Assembly (NCBI GenBank): GCA_040954595.2
Contig: CM082594.2
Coordinates: 8,759,612 to 8,823,611, forward strand
Source of the DNA: Balanoglossus misakiensis
Lineage: Eukaryota > Animalia > Hemichordata
DNA length: 64,000 nucleotides
Direction: 5' to 3'
Shown here: piece after piece, positions 1 to 25,625 of the stretch
How the letters are laid out: each line of letters opens with the position of its first letter
Position numbering within the stretch: position 1 is the first letter of the stretch
Program-made: the position numbers and the translations under genes
Notes under the pieces: generated by a model
The model's database searches: none
Told to the model about the DNA's origin: nothing
What the model saw: only the letters and a program-made list of their open reading frames with translations

Positions 1-3000
1 CGAAAATGACAATTTTTCGACTTCCCGGCATTTCAAAATTTCATCGATTTTTGACCCAAAACCAGGGTTATAGTGAGTAACACTCTCGTGAGAGTCGAAA
101 ATGACAATTTTTCGACTTCCCGGCATTTCAAAATTTCATCGATTTTTGACAAAAAACCATGGGTTATAGCTCAGGAAAACATCTCGTGAGAGCCCGAAAA
201 TGACAATTTTTCGACTTCCCGGCATTTCAAAATTTCATCGATTTTTGACAAAAAACCATGGGTTATAGCTCAGGAAATCGTCCGAAAATGACAATTTTTC
301 GACTTCCCGGCATTTCAAAATTTCATCGATTTTTGACAAAAACCATGGGTTATAGCTCAGGAAATCGTCCGAAAAATGACAATTTTTCGACTTCCCGGCA
401 TGTCAAAATTTCATCGATTTTTGACAAAAACCATGGGTTATAGCTCAGGAAATCGTCCAAAAATGACAATTTTTCGACTTCCCGGCATGTCAAAATTTCA
501 TCGATTTTTGACAAAAACCATGGGTTATAGCTCAGGAAATCGTCCGAAAATGACAATTTTTCGACTTCCCGGCATGTCAAAATTTCATCGATTTTTGACA
601 AAAACCATGGGTTATAGCTCAGGAAATCGTCCGAAAATGACAATTTTTCGACTTCCCGGCATTTCAAAATTTCATCGATTTTTGACAAAAACCATGGGTT
701 ATAGCTCAGGAAATCGTCCAAAAATGACAATTTTTCGACTTCCCGGCATTTCAAAATTTCATCGATTTTTGACAAAAACCATGGGTTATAGCTCAGGAAA
801 TCGTCCAAAAATGACAATTTTTCGACTTCCCGGCATTTCAAAATTTCATCGATTTTTGACAAAAACCATGGGTTATAGCTCAGGAAATCGTCCAAAAATG
901 ACAATTTTTCGACTTCCCGGCATTTCAAAATTTCATCGATTTTTGACAAAAACCATGGGTTATAGCTCAGGAAATCGTCCAAAAATGACAATTTTTCGAC
1001 TTCCCGGCATTTCAAAATTTCATCGATTTTTGACAAAAACCATGGGTTATAGCTCAGGAAATCGTCCAAAAATGACAATTTTTCGACTTCCCGGCATTTC
1101 AAAATTTCATCGATTTTTGACAAAAACCATGGGTTATAGCTCAGGAAATCGTCCAAAAATGACAATTTTTCGACTTCCCGGCATTTCAAAATTTCATCGA
1201 TTTTTGACAAAAACCATGGGTTATAGCTCAGGAAATCGTCCAAAAATGACAATTTTTCGACTTCCCGGCATTTCAAAATTTCATCGATTTTTGACAAAAA
1301 CCATGGGTTATAGCTCAGGAAATCGTCCAAAAATGACAATTTTTCGACTTCCCGGCATTTCAAAATTTCATCGATTTTTGACAAAAACCATGGGTTATAG
1401 CTCAGGAAATCGTCCAAAAATGACAATTTTTCGACTTCCCGGCATTTCAAAATTTCATCGATTTTTGACAAAAACCATGGGTTATAGCTCAGGAAATCGT
1501 CCAAAAATGACAATTTTTCGACTTCCCGGCATTTCAAAATTTCATCGATTTTTGACAAAAACCATGGGTTATAGCTCAGGAAATCGTCCAAAAATGACAA
1601 TTTTTCGACTTCCCGGCATTTCAAAATTTCATCGATTTTTGACAAAAACCATGGGTTATAGCTCAGGAAATCGTCCAAAAATGACAATTTTTCGACTTCC
1701 CGGCATTTCAAAATTTCATCGATTTTTGACAAAAACCATGGGTTATAGCTCAGGAAATCGTCCAAAAATGACAATTTTTCGACTTCCCGGCATTTCAAAA
1801 TTTCATCGATTTTTGACAAAAACCATGGGTTATAGCTCAGTAAATCGTCCAAAAATGACAATTTTTCGACTTCCCGGCATTTCAAAATTTCATCGATTTT
1901 TGACAAAAACCATGGGTTATAGCTCAGTAAATCGTCCAAAAATGACAATTTTTCGACTTCCCGGCATTTCAAAATTTCATCGATTTTTGACAAAAACCAT
2001 GGGTTATAGCTCAGGAAATCGTCCAAAAATGACAATTTTTCGACTTCCCGGCATTTCAAAATTTCATCGATTTTTGACAAAAACCATGGGTTATAGCTCA
2101 GGAAATCGTCCAAAAATGACAATTTTTCGACTTCCCGGCATTTCAAAATTTCATCGATTTTTGACAAAAACCATGGGTTATAGCTCAGGAAATCGTCCAA
2201 AAATGACAATTTTTCGACTTCCCGGCATTTCAAAATTTCATCGATTTTTGACAAAAACCATGGGTTATAGCTCAGGAAATCGTCCAAAAATGACAATTTT
2301 TCGACTTCCCGGCATTTCAAAATTTCATCGATTTTTGACAAAAACCATGGGTTATAGCTCAGGAAATCGTCCAAAAATGACAATTTTTCGACTTCCCGGC
2401 ATTTCAAAATTTCATCGATTTTTGACAAAAACCATGGGTTATAGCTCAGGAAATCGTCCAAAAATGACAATTTTTCGACTTCCCGGCATTTCAAAATTTC
2501 ATCGATTTTTGACAAAAACCATGGGTTATAGCTCAGGAAATCGTCCAAAAATGACAATTTTTCGACTTCCCGGCATTTCAAAATTTCATCGATTTTTGAC
2601 AAAAACCATGGGTTATAGCTCAGGAAATCGTCCAAAAATGACAATTTTTCGACTTCCCGGCATTTCAAAATTTCATCGATTTTTGACAAAAACCATGGGT
2701 TATAGCTCAGGAAATCGTCCAAAAATGACAATTTTTCGACTTCCCGGCATTTCAAAATTTCATCGATTTTTGACAAAAACCATGGGTTATAGCTCAGGAA
2801 ATCGTCCAAAAATGACAATTTTTCGACTTCCCGGCATTTCAAAATTTCATCGATTTTTGACAAAAACCATGGGTTATAGCTCAGGAAATCGTCCGAAAAT
2901 GACAATTTTTCGACTTCCCGGCATTTCAAAATTTCATCGATTTTTGACAAAAACCATGGGTTATAGCTCAGGAAATCGTCCGAAAATGACAATTTTTCGA

Positions 3001-6000
3001 CTTCCCGGCATTTCAAAATTTCATCGATTTTTGACAAAAACCATGGGTTATAGCTCAGGAAATCGTCCAAAAATGACAATTTTTCGACTTCCCGGCATGT
3101 CAAAATTTCATCGATTTTTGACAAAAACCATGGGTTATAGCTCAGGAAATCGTCCAAAAATGACAATTTTTCGACTTCCCGGCATGTCAAAATTTCATCG
3201 ATTTTTGACAAAAACCATGGGTTATAGCTCAGGAAATCGTCCAAAAATGACAATTTTTCGACTTCCCGGCATGTCAAAATTTCATCGATTTTTGACAAAA
3301 ACCATGGGTTATAGCTCAGGAAATCGTCCGAAAATGACAATTTTTCGACTTCCCGGCATGTCAAAATTTCATCGATTTTTGACAAAAACCATGGGTTATA
3401 GCTCAGGAAATCGTCCGAAAATGACAATTTTTCGACTTCCCGGCATTTCAAAATTTCATCGATTTTTGACAAAAACCATGGGTTATAGCTCAGGAAATCG
3501 TCCAAAAATGACAATTTTTCGACTTCCCGGCATTTCAAAATTTCATCGATTTTTGACAAAAACCATGGGTTATAGCTCAGGAAATCGTCCAAAAATGACA
3601 ATTTTTCGACTTCCCGGCATTTCAAAATTTCATCGATTTTTGACAAAAACCATGGGTTATAGCTCAGGAAATCGTCCAAAAATGACAATTTTTCGACTTC
3701 CCGGCATTTCAAAATTTCATCGATTTTTGACAAAAACCATGGGTTATAGCTCAGGAAATCGTCCAAAAATGACAATTTTTCGACTTCCCGGCATTTCAAA
3801 ATTTCATCGATTTTTGACAAAAACCATGGGTTATAGCTCAGGAAATCGTCCAAAAATGACAATTTTTCGACTTCCCGGCATTTCAAAATTTCATCGATTT
3901 TTGACAAAAACCATGGGTTATAGCTCAGGAAATCGTCCAAAAATGACAATTTTTCGACTTCCCGGCATTTCAAAATTTCATCGATTTTTGACAAAAACCA
4001 TGGGTTATAGCTCAGGAAATCGTCCAAAAATGACAATTTTTCGACTTCCCGGCATTTCAAAATTTCATCGATTTTTGACAAAAACCATGGGTTATAGCTC
4101 AGGAAATCGTCCAAAAATGACAATTTTTCGACTTCCCGGCATTTCAAAATTTCATCGATTTTTGACAAAAACCATGGGTTATAGCTCAGGAAATCGTCCA
4201 AAAATGACAATTTTTCGACTTCCCGGCATTTCAAAATTTCATCGATTTTTGACAAAAACCATGGGTTATAGCTCAGGAAATCGTCCAAAAATGACAATTT
4301 TTCGACTTCCCGGCATTTCAAAATTTCATCGATTTTTGACAAAAACCATGGGTTATAGCTCAGGAAATCGTCCAAAAATGACAATTTTTCGACTTCCCGG
4401 CATTTCAAAATTTCATCGATTTTTGACAAAAACCATGGGTTATAGCTCAGGAAATCGTCCAAAAATGACAATTTTTCGACTTCCCGGCATTTCAAAATTT
4501 CATCGATTTTTGACAAAAACCATGGGTTATAGCTCAGGAAATCGTCCAAAAATGACAATTTTTCGACTTCCCGGCATTTCAAAATTTCATCGATTTTTGA
4601 CAAAAACCATGGGTTATAGCTCAGGAAATCGTCCAAAAATGACAATTTTTCGACTTCCCGGCATTTCAAAAGTTCATCGATTTTTGACAAAAACCATGGG
4701 TTATAGCTCAGGAAATCGTCCAAAAATGACAATTTTTCGACTTCCCGGCATTTCAAAATTTCATCGATTTTTGACAAAAACCATGGGTTATAGCTCAGGA
4801 AATCGTCCAAAAATGACAATTTTTCGACTTCCCGGCATTTCAAAATTTCATCGATTTTTGACAAAAACCATGGGTTATAGCTCAGGAAATCGTCCAAAAA
4901 TGACAATTTTTCGACTTCCCGGCATTTCAAAATTTCATCGATTTTTGACAAAAACCATGGGTTATAGCTCAGGAAATCGCCAAAAATGACAATTTTTCGA
5001 CTTCCCGGCATTTCAAAATTTCATCGATTTTTGACAAAAACCATGGGTTATAGCTCAGGAAATCGCCCAAAAATGACAATTTTTCGACTTCCCGGCATTT
5101 CAAAATTTCATCGATTTTTGACAAAAACCATGGGTTATAGCTCAGGAAATCGCCCAAAAATGACAATTTTTCGACTTCCCGGCATTTCAAAATTTCATCG
5201 ATTTTTGACAAAAACCATGGGTTATAGCTCAGGAAATCGCCCAAAAATGACAATTTTTCGACTTCCCGGCATTTCAAAATTTCATCGATTTTTGACAAAA
5301 ACCATGGGTTATAGCTCAGGAAATCGCCCAAAAATGACAATTTTTCGACTTCCCGGCATTTCAAAATTTCATCGATTTTTGACAAAAACCATGGGTTATA
5401 GCTCAGGAAATCGTCCAAAAATGACAATTTTTCGACTTCCCGGCATTTCAAAATTTCATCGATTTTTGACAAAAACCATGGGTTATAGCTCAGGAAATCG
5501 TCCAAAAATGACAATTTTTCGACTTCCCGGCATTTCAAAATTTCATCGATTTTTGACAAAAACCATGGGTTATAGCTCAGGAAATCGTCCAAAAATGACA
5601 ATTTTTCGACTTCCCGGCATTTCAAAATTTCATCGATTTTTGACAAAAACCATGGGTTATAGCTCAGGAAATCGTCCAAAAATGACAATTTTTCGACTTC
5701 CCGGCATTTCAAAATTTCATCGATTTTTGACAAAAACCATGGGTTATAGCTCAGGAAATCGTCCAAAAATGACAATTTTTCGACTTCCCGGCATTTCAAA
5801 ATTTCATCGATTTTTGACAAAAACCATGGGTTATAGCTCAGGAAATCGCCCAAAAATGACAATTTTTCGACTTCCCGGCATTTCAAAATTTCATCGATTT
5901 TTGACAAAAACCATGGGTTATTGCTCAGGAAATCGCCCAAAAATGACAATTTTTCGACTTCCCGGCATTTCAAAATTTCATCGATTTTTGACAAAAACCA

Positions 6001-9000
6001 TGGGTTATAGCTCAGGAAATCGCCCAAAAATGGCAATATTTCGACTTCCCGGCATTTCAAAATTTCATCGATTTTTGACAAAAACCATGGGTTATAGCTC
6101 AGGAAATCGTCCAAAAATGGCAATTTTTCGACTTCCCGGCATTTCAAAATTTCATCGATTTTTGACAAAAACCATGGGTTATAGCTCAGGAAATCGTCCA
6201 AAAATTGCAATTTTTCGACTTCCCGGCATTTCAAAATTTCATCGATTTTTGACAAAAACCATGGGTTATAGCTCAGGAAATCGTCCAAAAATTGCAATTT
6301 TTCGACTTCCCGGCATTTCAAAATTTCATCGATTTTTGACAAAAACCATGGGTTATAGCTCAGGAAATCGTCCAAAAATGGCAATTTTTCGACTTCCCGG
6401 CATTTCAAAATTTCATCGATTTTTGACAAAAACCATGGGTTATAGCTCAGGAAATCGTCCAAAAATGGCAATTTTTCGACTTCATGGCATTTCAAAATTT
6501 CATCGATTTTTGACAAAAACCATGGGTTATAGCTCAGGAAATCGTCCAAAAATGGCAATTTTTCGACTTCCCGGCATGTCAAAATTTCATCGATTTTTGA
6601 CAAAAACCATGGGTTATAGCTCAGGAAATCGTCCAAAAATGGCAATTTTTCGACTTCCCGGCATTTCAAAATTTCATCGATTTTTGACAAAAACCATGGG
6701 TTATAGCTCAGGAAATCGTCCAAAAATGGCAATTTTTCGACTTCCCGGCATTTCAAAATTTCATCGATTTTTGACAAAAACCATGGGTTATAGCTCAGGA
6801 AATCGTCCAAAAATGGCAATTTTTCGACTTCCCGGCATTTCAAAATTTCATCGATTTTTGACAAAAACCATGGGTTATAGCTCAGGAAATCGTCCAAAAA
6901 TGGCAATTTTTCGACTTCCCGGCATTTCAAAATTTCATCGATTTTTGACAAAAACCATGGGTTATAGCTCAGGAAATCGTCCAAAAATGACAATTTTTCG
7001 ACTTCCCGGCATTTCAAAATTTCATCGATTTTTGACAAAAACCATGGGTTATAGCTCAGGAAATCGTCCAAAAATGACAATTTTTCGACTTCCCGGCATT
7101 TCAAAATTTCATCGATTTTTGACAAAAACCATGGGTTATAGCTCAGGAAATCGTCCAAAAATGGCAATTTTTCGACTTCCCGGCATTTCAAAATTTCATC
7201 GATTTTTGACAAAAACCATGGGTTATAGCTCAGGAAATCGTCCAAAAATGACAATTTTTCGACTTCCCGGCATTTCAAAATTTCATCGATTTTTGACAAA
7301 AACCATGGGTTATAGCTCAGGAAATCGTCCAAAAATGACAATTTTTCGACTTCCCGGCATTTCAAAATTTCATCGATTTTTGACAAAAACCATGGGTTAT
7401 AGCTCAGGAAATCGTCCAAAAATGACAATTTTTCGACTTCCCGGCATTTCAAAATTTCATCGATTTTTGACAAAAACCATGGGTTATAGCTCAGGAAATC
7501 GTCCAAAAATGACAATTTTTCGACTTCCCGGCATTTCAAAATTTCATCGATTTTTGACAAAAACCATGGGTTATAGCTCAGGAAATCGTCCAAAAATGAC
7601 AATTTTTCGACTTCCCGGCATTTCAAAATTTCATCGATTTTTGACAAAAACCATGGGTTATAGCTCAGGAAATCGTCCAAAAATGACAATTTTTCGACTT
7701 CCCGGCATTTCAAAATTTCATCGATTTTTGACAAAAACCATGGGTTATAGCTCAGGAAATCGTCCAAAAATGGCAATTTTTCGACTTCCCGGCATTTCAA
7801 AATTTCATCGATTTTTGACAAAAACCATGGGTTATAGCTCAGGAAATCGTCCAAAAATGGCAGTTTTTCGACTTCCCGGCATTTCAAAATTTCATCGATT
7901 TTTGACAAAAACCATGGGTTATAGCTCAGGAAATCGTCCAAAAATGGCAATTTTTCGACTTCCCGGCATTTCAAAATTTCATCGATTTTTGACAAAAACC
8001 ATGGGTTATAGCTCAGGAAATCGTCCAAAAATGACAATTTTTCGACTTCCCGGCATTTCAAAATTTCATCGATTTTTGACAAAAACCATGGGTTATAGCT
8101 CAGGAAATCGTCCAAAAATGACAATTTTTCGACTTCCCGGCATTTCAAAATTTCATCGATTTTTGACAAAAACCATGGGTTATAGCTCAGGAAATCGTCC
8201 AAAAATGGCAATTTTTCGACTTCCCGGCATTTCAAAATTTCATCGATTTTTGACAAAAACCATGGGTTATAGCTCAGGAAATCGTCCAAAAATGGCAATT
8301 TTTCGACTTCCCGGCATTTCAAAATTTCATCGATTTTTGACAAAAACCATGGGTTATAGCTCAGGAAATCGTCCAAAAATGGCAATTTTTCGACTTCCCG
8401 GCATTTCAAAATTTCATCGATTTTTGACAAAAACCATGGGTTATAGCTCAGGAAATCGTCCAAAAATGGCAATTTTTCGACTTCCCGGCATTTCAAAATT
8501 TCATCGATTTTTGACAAAAACCATGGGTTATAGCTCAGGAAATCGTCCAAAAATGGCAATTTTTCGACTTCCCGGCATTTCAAAATTTCATCGATTTTTG
8601 ACAAAAACCATGGGTTATAGCTCAGGAAATCGTCCAAAAATGACAATTTTTCGACTTCCCGGCATTTCAAAATTTCATCGATTTTTGACAAAAACCATGG
8701 GTTATAGCTCAGGAAATCGTCCAAAAATGACAATTTTTCGACTTCCCGGCATTTCAAAATTTCATCGATTTTTGACAAAAACCATGGGTTATAGCTCAGG
8801 AAATCGTCCAAAAATGACAATTTTTCGACTTCCCGGCATTTCAAAATTTCATCGATTTTTGACAAAAACCATGGGTTATAGCTCAGGAAATCGTCCAAAA
8901 ATGGCAATTTTTCGACTTCCCGGCATTTCAAAATTTCATCGATTTTTGACAAAAACCATGGGTTATAGCTCAGGAAATCGTCCAAAAATGACAATTTTTC

Positions 9001-9545
9001 GACTTCCCGGCATTTCAAAATTTCATCGATTTTTGACAAAAACCATGGGTTATAGCTCAGGAAATCGTCCAAAAATGACAATTTTTCGACTTCCCGGCAT
9101 TTCAAAATTTCATCGATTTTTGACAAAAACCATGGGTTATAGCTCAGGAAATCGTCCAAAAATGACAATTTTTCGACTTCCCGGCATTTCAAAATTTCAT
9201 CGATTTTTGACAAAAACCATGGGTTATAGCTCAGGAAATCGTCCAAAAATGACAATTTTTCGACTTCCCGGCATTTCAAAATTTCATCGATTTTTGACAA
9301 AAAGCATGAAAATCGTCAAAAATCGACAATTTTTCGACTTCGCGAATTTTCAAAATTTGGCCATTTTTTGAGAAAAAGCATGGGTTATAGCTCATGAAAA
9401 TCGTCAAAAATCGACAATTTTTCGACTTTGATATTTTTTGACATTTTTCATGGGTTATAGCTCATGAAAATCATCAAAAATAACACTTTTTCGACTTTGC
9501 GAAATTTCAAAATTTCTTTATTTAAAAAAAAATCATGGGTTCAGA
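1..9545. repeat. 87-bp tandem satellite array (~107 units; probably continues left of the window)
   Basis: Monomer CCAAAAATGACAATTTTTCGACTTCCCGGCATTTCAAAATTTCATCGATTTTTGACAAAAACCATGGGTTATAGCTCAGGAAATCGT repeats almost perfectly from ~283 to ~9300. The 29-aa periodicity of the ORFs confirms 87 bp. Longer units at 1-282 and degenerate units at 9301-9545. Confidence 0.99.
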
Positions 9546-9728
9546 AATGGTGACAAGGAGAAACCTGCAGATCTGTTAACTCCTTTTTTTTAAATTCCAA
9601 TCAAATGACAAATGTAACTGATATGTGCAATATTTTTAGTCACAGAATATTTGTTTAATATTGTGATTATTTTATCATAAGGGGTTAAGATAAACACAAA
9701 AAAGTGAGATATATACTGTAGTAAAAGT

Positions 9729-9734
9729 TTTATT
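9729..9734 (-). terminator. Candidate polyadenylation signal (AATAAA) of the PDE11A-like gene
   Basis: TTTATT on the + strand ~600 bp past the stop codon; a second candidate lies at 10056-10061. Motif only. Confidence 0.35.
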
Positions 9735-10326
9735 TTCACTTTTTACAAGATTGCAACGATCCAACCGTGTGAGAAAAGTTAAAGCCAATATAAGGATACC
9801 AAAAAAGTCAATACACATTTAGATGAACTTGCCTATAGCTGATACCCCAATAAGGAAAGTCGTGTATAAACTAAATATTCCCCCATATCGATACAATATA
9901 CTTGGTACGCAAAAAGATTATGAAACTGTCATCACCCCCATTATTTTGACTTCCCTGATAGCGTAAAATACGTCATAATACTTTCTAACACAATGAATAG
10001 CAGGTACATACTCTCCTGATACTCTGTGCATTCATCCGTTGCATATATTTTGTTCTTTATTGAACATGGCGTATCTTCTAGTAATATCCTTTTATAAAGA
10101 CGGTAAAATTCGACAGAAGCCTCAGTAATTAACACCTTTATACTATCACTAATCAATATAACACACTTAGTGTTTTGTGGAATTGGCCTGTAATGATTTC
10201 AATTAGTTCTATGTACTCCTGACAGTTGTGTTTGGCCCGAAATTCCGCACTGGTCTGTTATTTCAGTTCTGAAGGTAAGCAAGAACAATAATGCCAAAGT
10301 GATTTTTTTTTCGTGCGACCGGCCAA

Positions 10327-24367
<14,041 letters not shown>

Positions 24368-24765
24368 TGCAGAGACGAATGTATTATTAACACTCACTGA
24401 TAGCGAACTGCGGTGAGCAGAGACAATAAATCACATTTTCAGTCAATACGAATAGTTTCCCCATAAAAAAAGCTACACCGGTGATTCAGACATCCTTAAT
24501 GACGGTGATCTGACGTAAAAGTGCTCGCTCCGCATCGTATGCCCTGTTGACCGACGAAACCCCCGTATTTCACGTCGTTTTGACAGCACAAAGCCCCGAA
24601 GCTAGTATCTACACACTCATCTGTTAAACACGCTCCATCACTGACGGTATTTCGTCACTGTAAATGCGTTGCGCACAGCCGGTGTCGACGCACTCCTTTC
24701 ACGTGTCCATCAAATACGCTGATGGCGTCGCGCAGTGTACAGCGGTCCGTTCAATGTATACTCAC

Positions 24766-25053
24766 AATTGGGGGCGCAGAGTCCGCAGAATCACTCCAGA
24801 AAGACTAATTTTACAAAACCGCGTGTTATCTTCTTGGGTTTCGCTTAGGCAGCATATGTAGGTCCTCGCTAGTGCCCCTATGGGTGAACTCCTGATTGAA
24901 ATGACGATAGTTGCGTATTGTTCACGATGAAATCGGCGAGTGCGTTCGCTCTCCTCGACTATAGTGCCGCTTGCAGGGATCAGCTACGGTCACCCGTCGA
25001 TGTTTTCCCCTTCTCTTCTCCAATTACGCCGAAGAACACAGCGACTGCAACCG
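24766..25053 (-). other. Candidate non-coding 5'UTR exon of the PDE11A-like gene
   Basis: Strong acceptor tttctgtgcacttttcttgcag ending at 25054 and donor att|gtgagt at 24765; a matching acceptor (ttattgtctctgctcaccgcag) lies at 24408, 40 nt before the ATG. Splice motifs only. Confidence 0.4.
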
Positions 25054-25524
25054 CTGCAAGAAAAGTGCACAGAAACCATTAGGTCAAACTTTCTCCACAA
25101 CATTGATCTAGTTATGTTACTTAAACATTCTGACATTCCGGTAAGTTATAATGACATACCCAGTGGAAAAGGAGAAACAAAATTGAACACGTCGCTGTAA
25201 ATGAACTCCTTTTTACGTCAGTGGTATGAAATTGCCGTTTTTGTTAAACAAGAACGTTCATTGCGACACATATACGATTTTTAGGACCGGATGTAGCTTT
25301 ATGAAAAAAATGAATTACATGTACATGTAATAACATTCAGTCGCCGGCTGAACACACAAATTCAATGGTCGGTGAACGTTTCGACGTGCGTTGGATGTAA
25401 AACAATGTAAATAAATCCGTACAGCAAAAGTATTTCCATAAAAAATCCGAATGTCACAGCTGCGAGCGAAGTACGCAATCGCTGATTACGGATCATTGAG
25501 CTCCGGCAATAAAGCTTTTAATGG

Positions 25525-25625
25525 ATTTTCATTGGTCGGTAAAAACAAAAAACACCATAATTTTGTATATGGGAGTTTTAACCTTAATTTCTTTAAAGTG
25601 ACGCAGATAGGTGGGCGGGGTCACT
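25525..25625. promoter_or_regulatory. Candidate proximal promoter motifs (ATTGG, half-CRE, GC box)
   Basis: ATTGG at 25531, TGACG at 25599 and GGGCGGGG at 25613-25620, ~1.2 kb upstream of the start codon. Motif-level evidence only. Confidence 0.25.

Noticed and set aside
297-311. CENP-B box in the monomer (TTCGACTTCCCGGC)
   Set aside because: The spacer is 6 nt rather than 7 and the end is CGGC, so it does not fit TTCGNNNNANNCGGG.
1-9300. CRISPR array or telomeric repeat
   Set aside because: No unique spacers, no cas genes, eukaryotic intron-containing context and no short G-rich telomeric motif.
258-9371. 1400-1550-aa ORFs on both strands as real protein genes
   Set aside because: They are translations of a near-identical 87-bp satellite, with frameshifts inside the array, no domain and no excess of synonymous changes.
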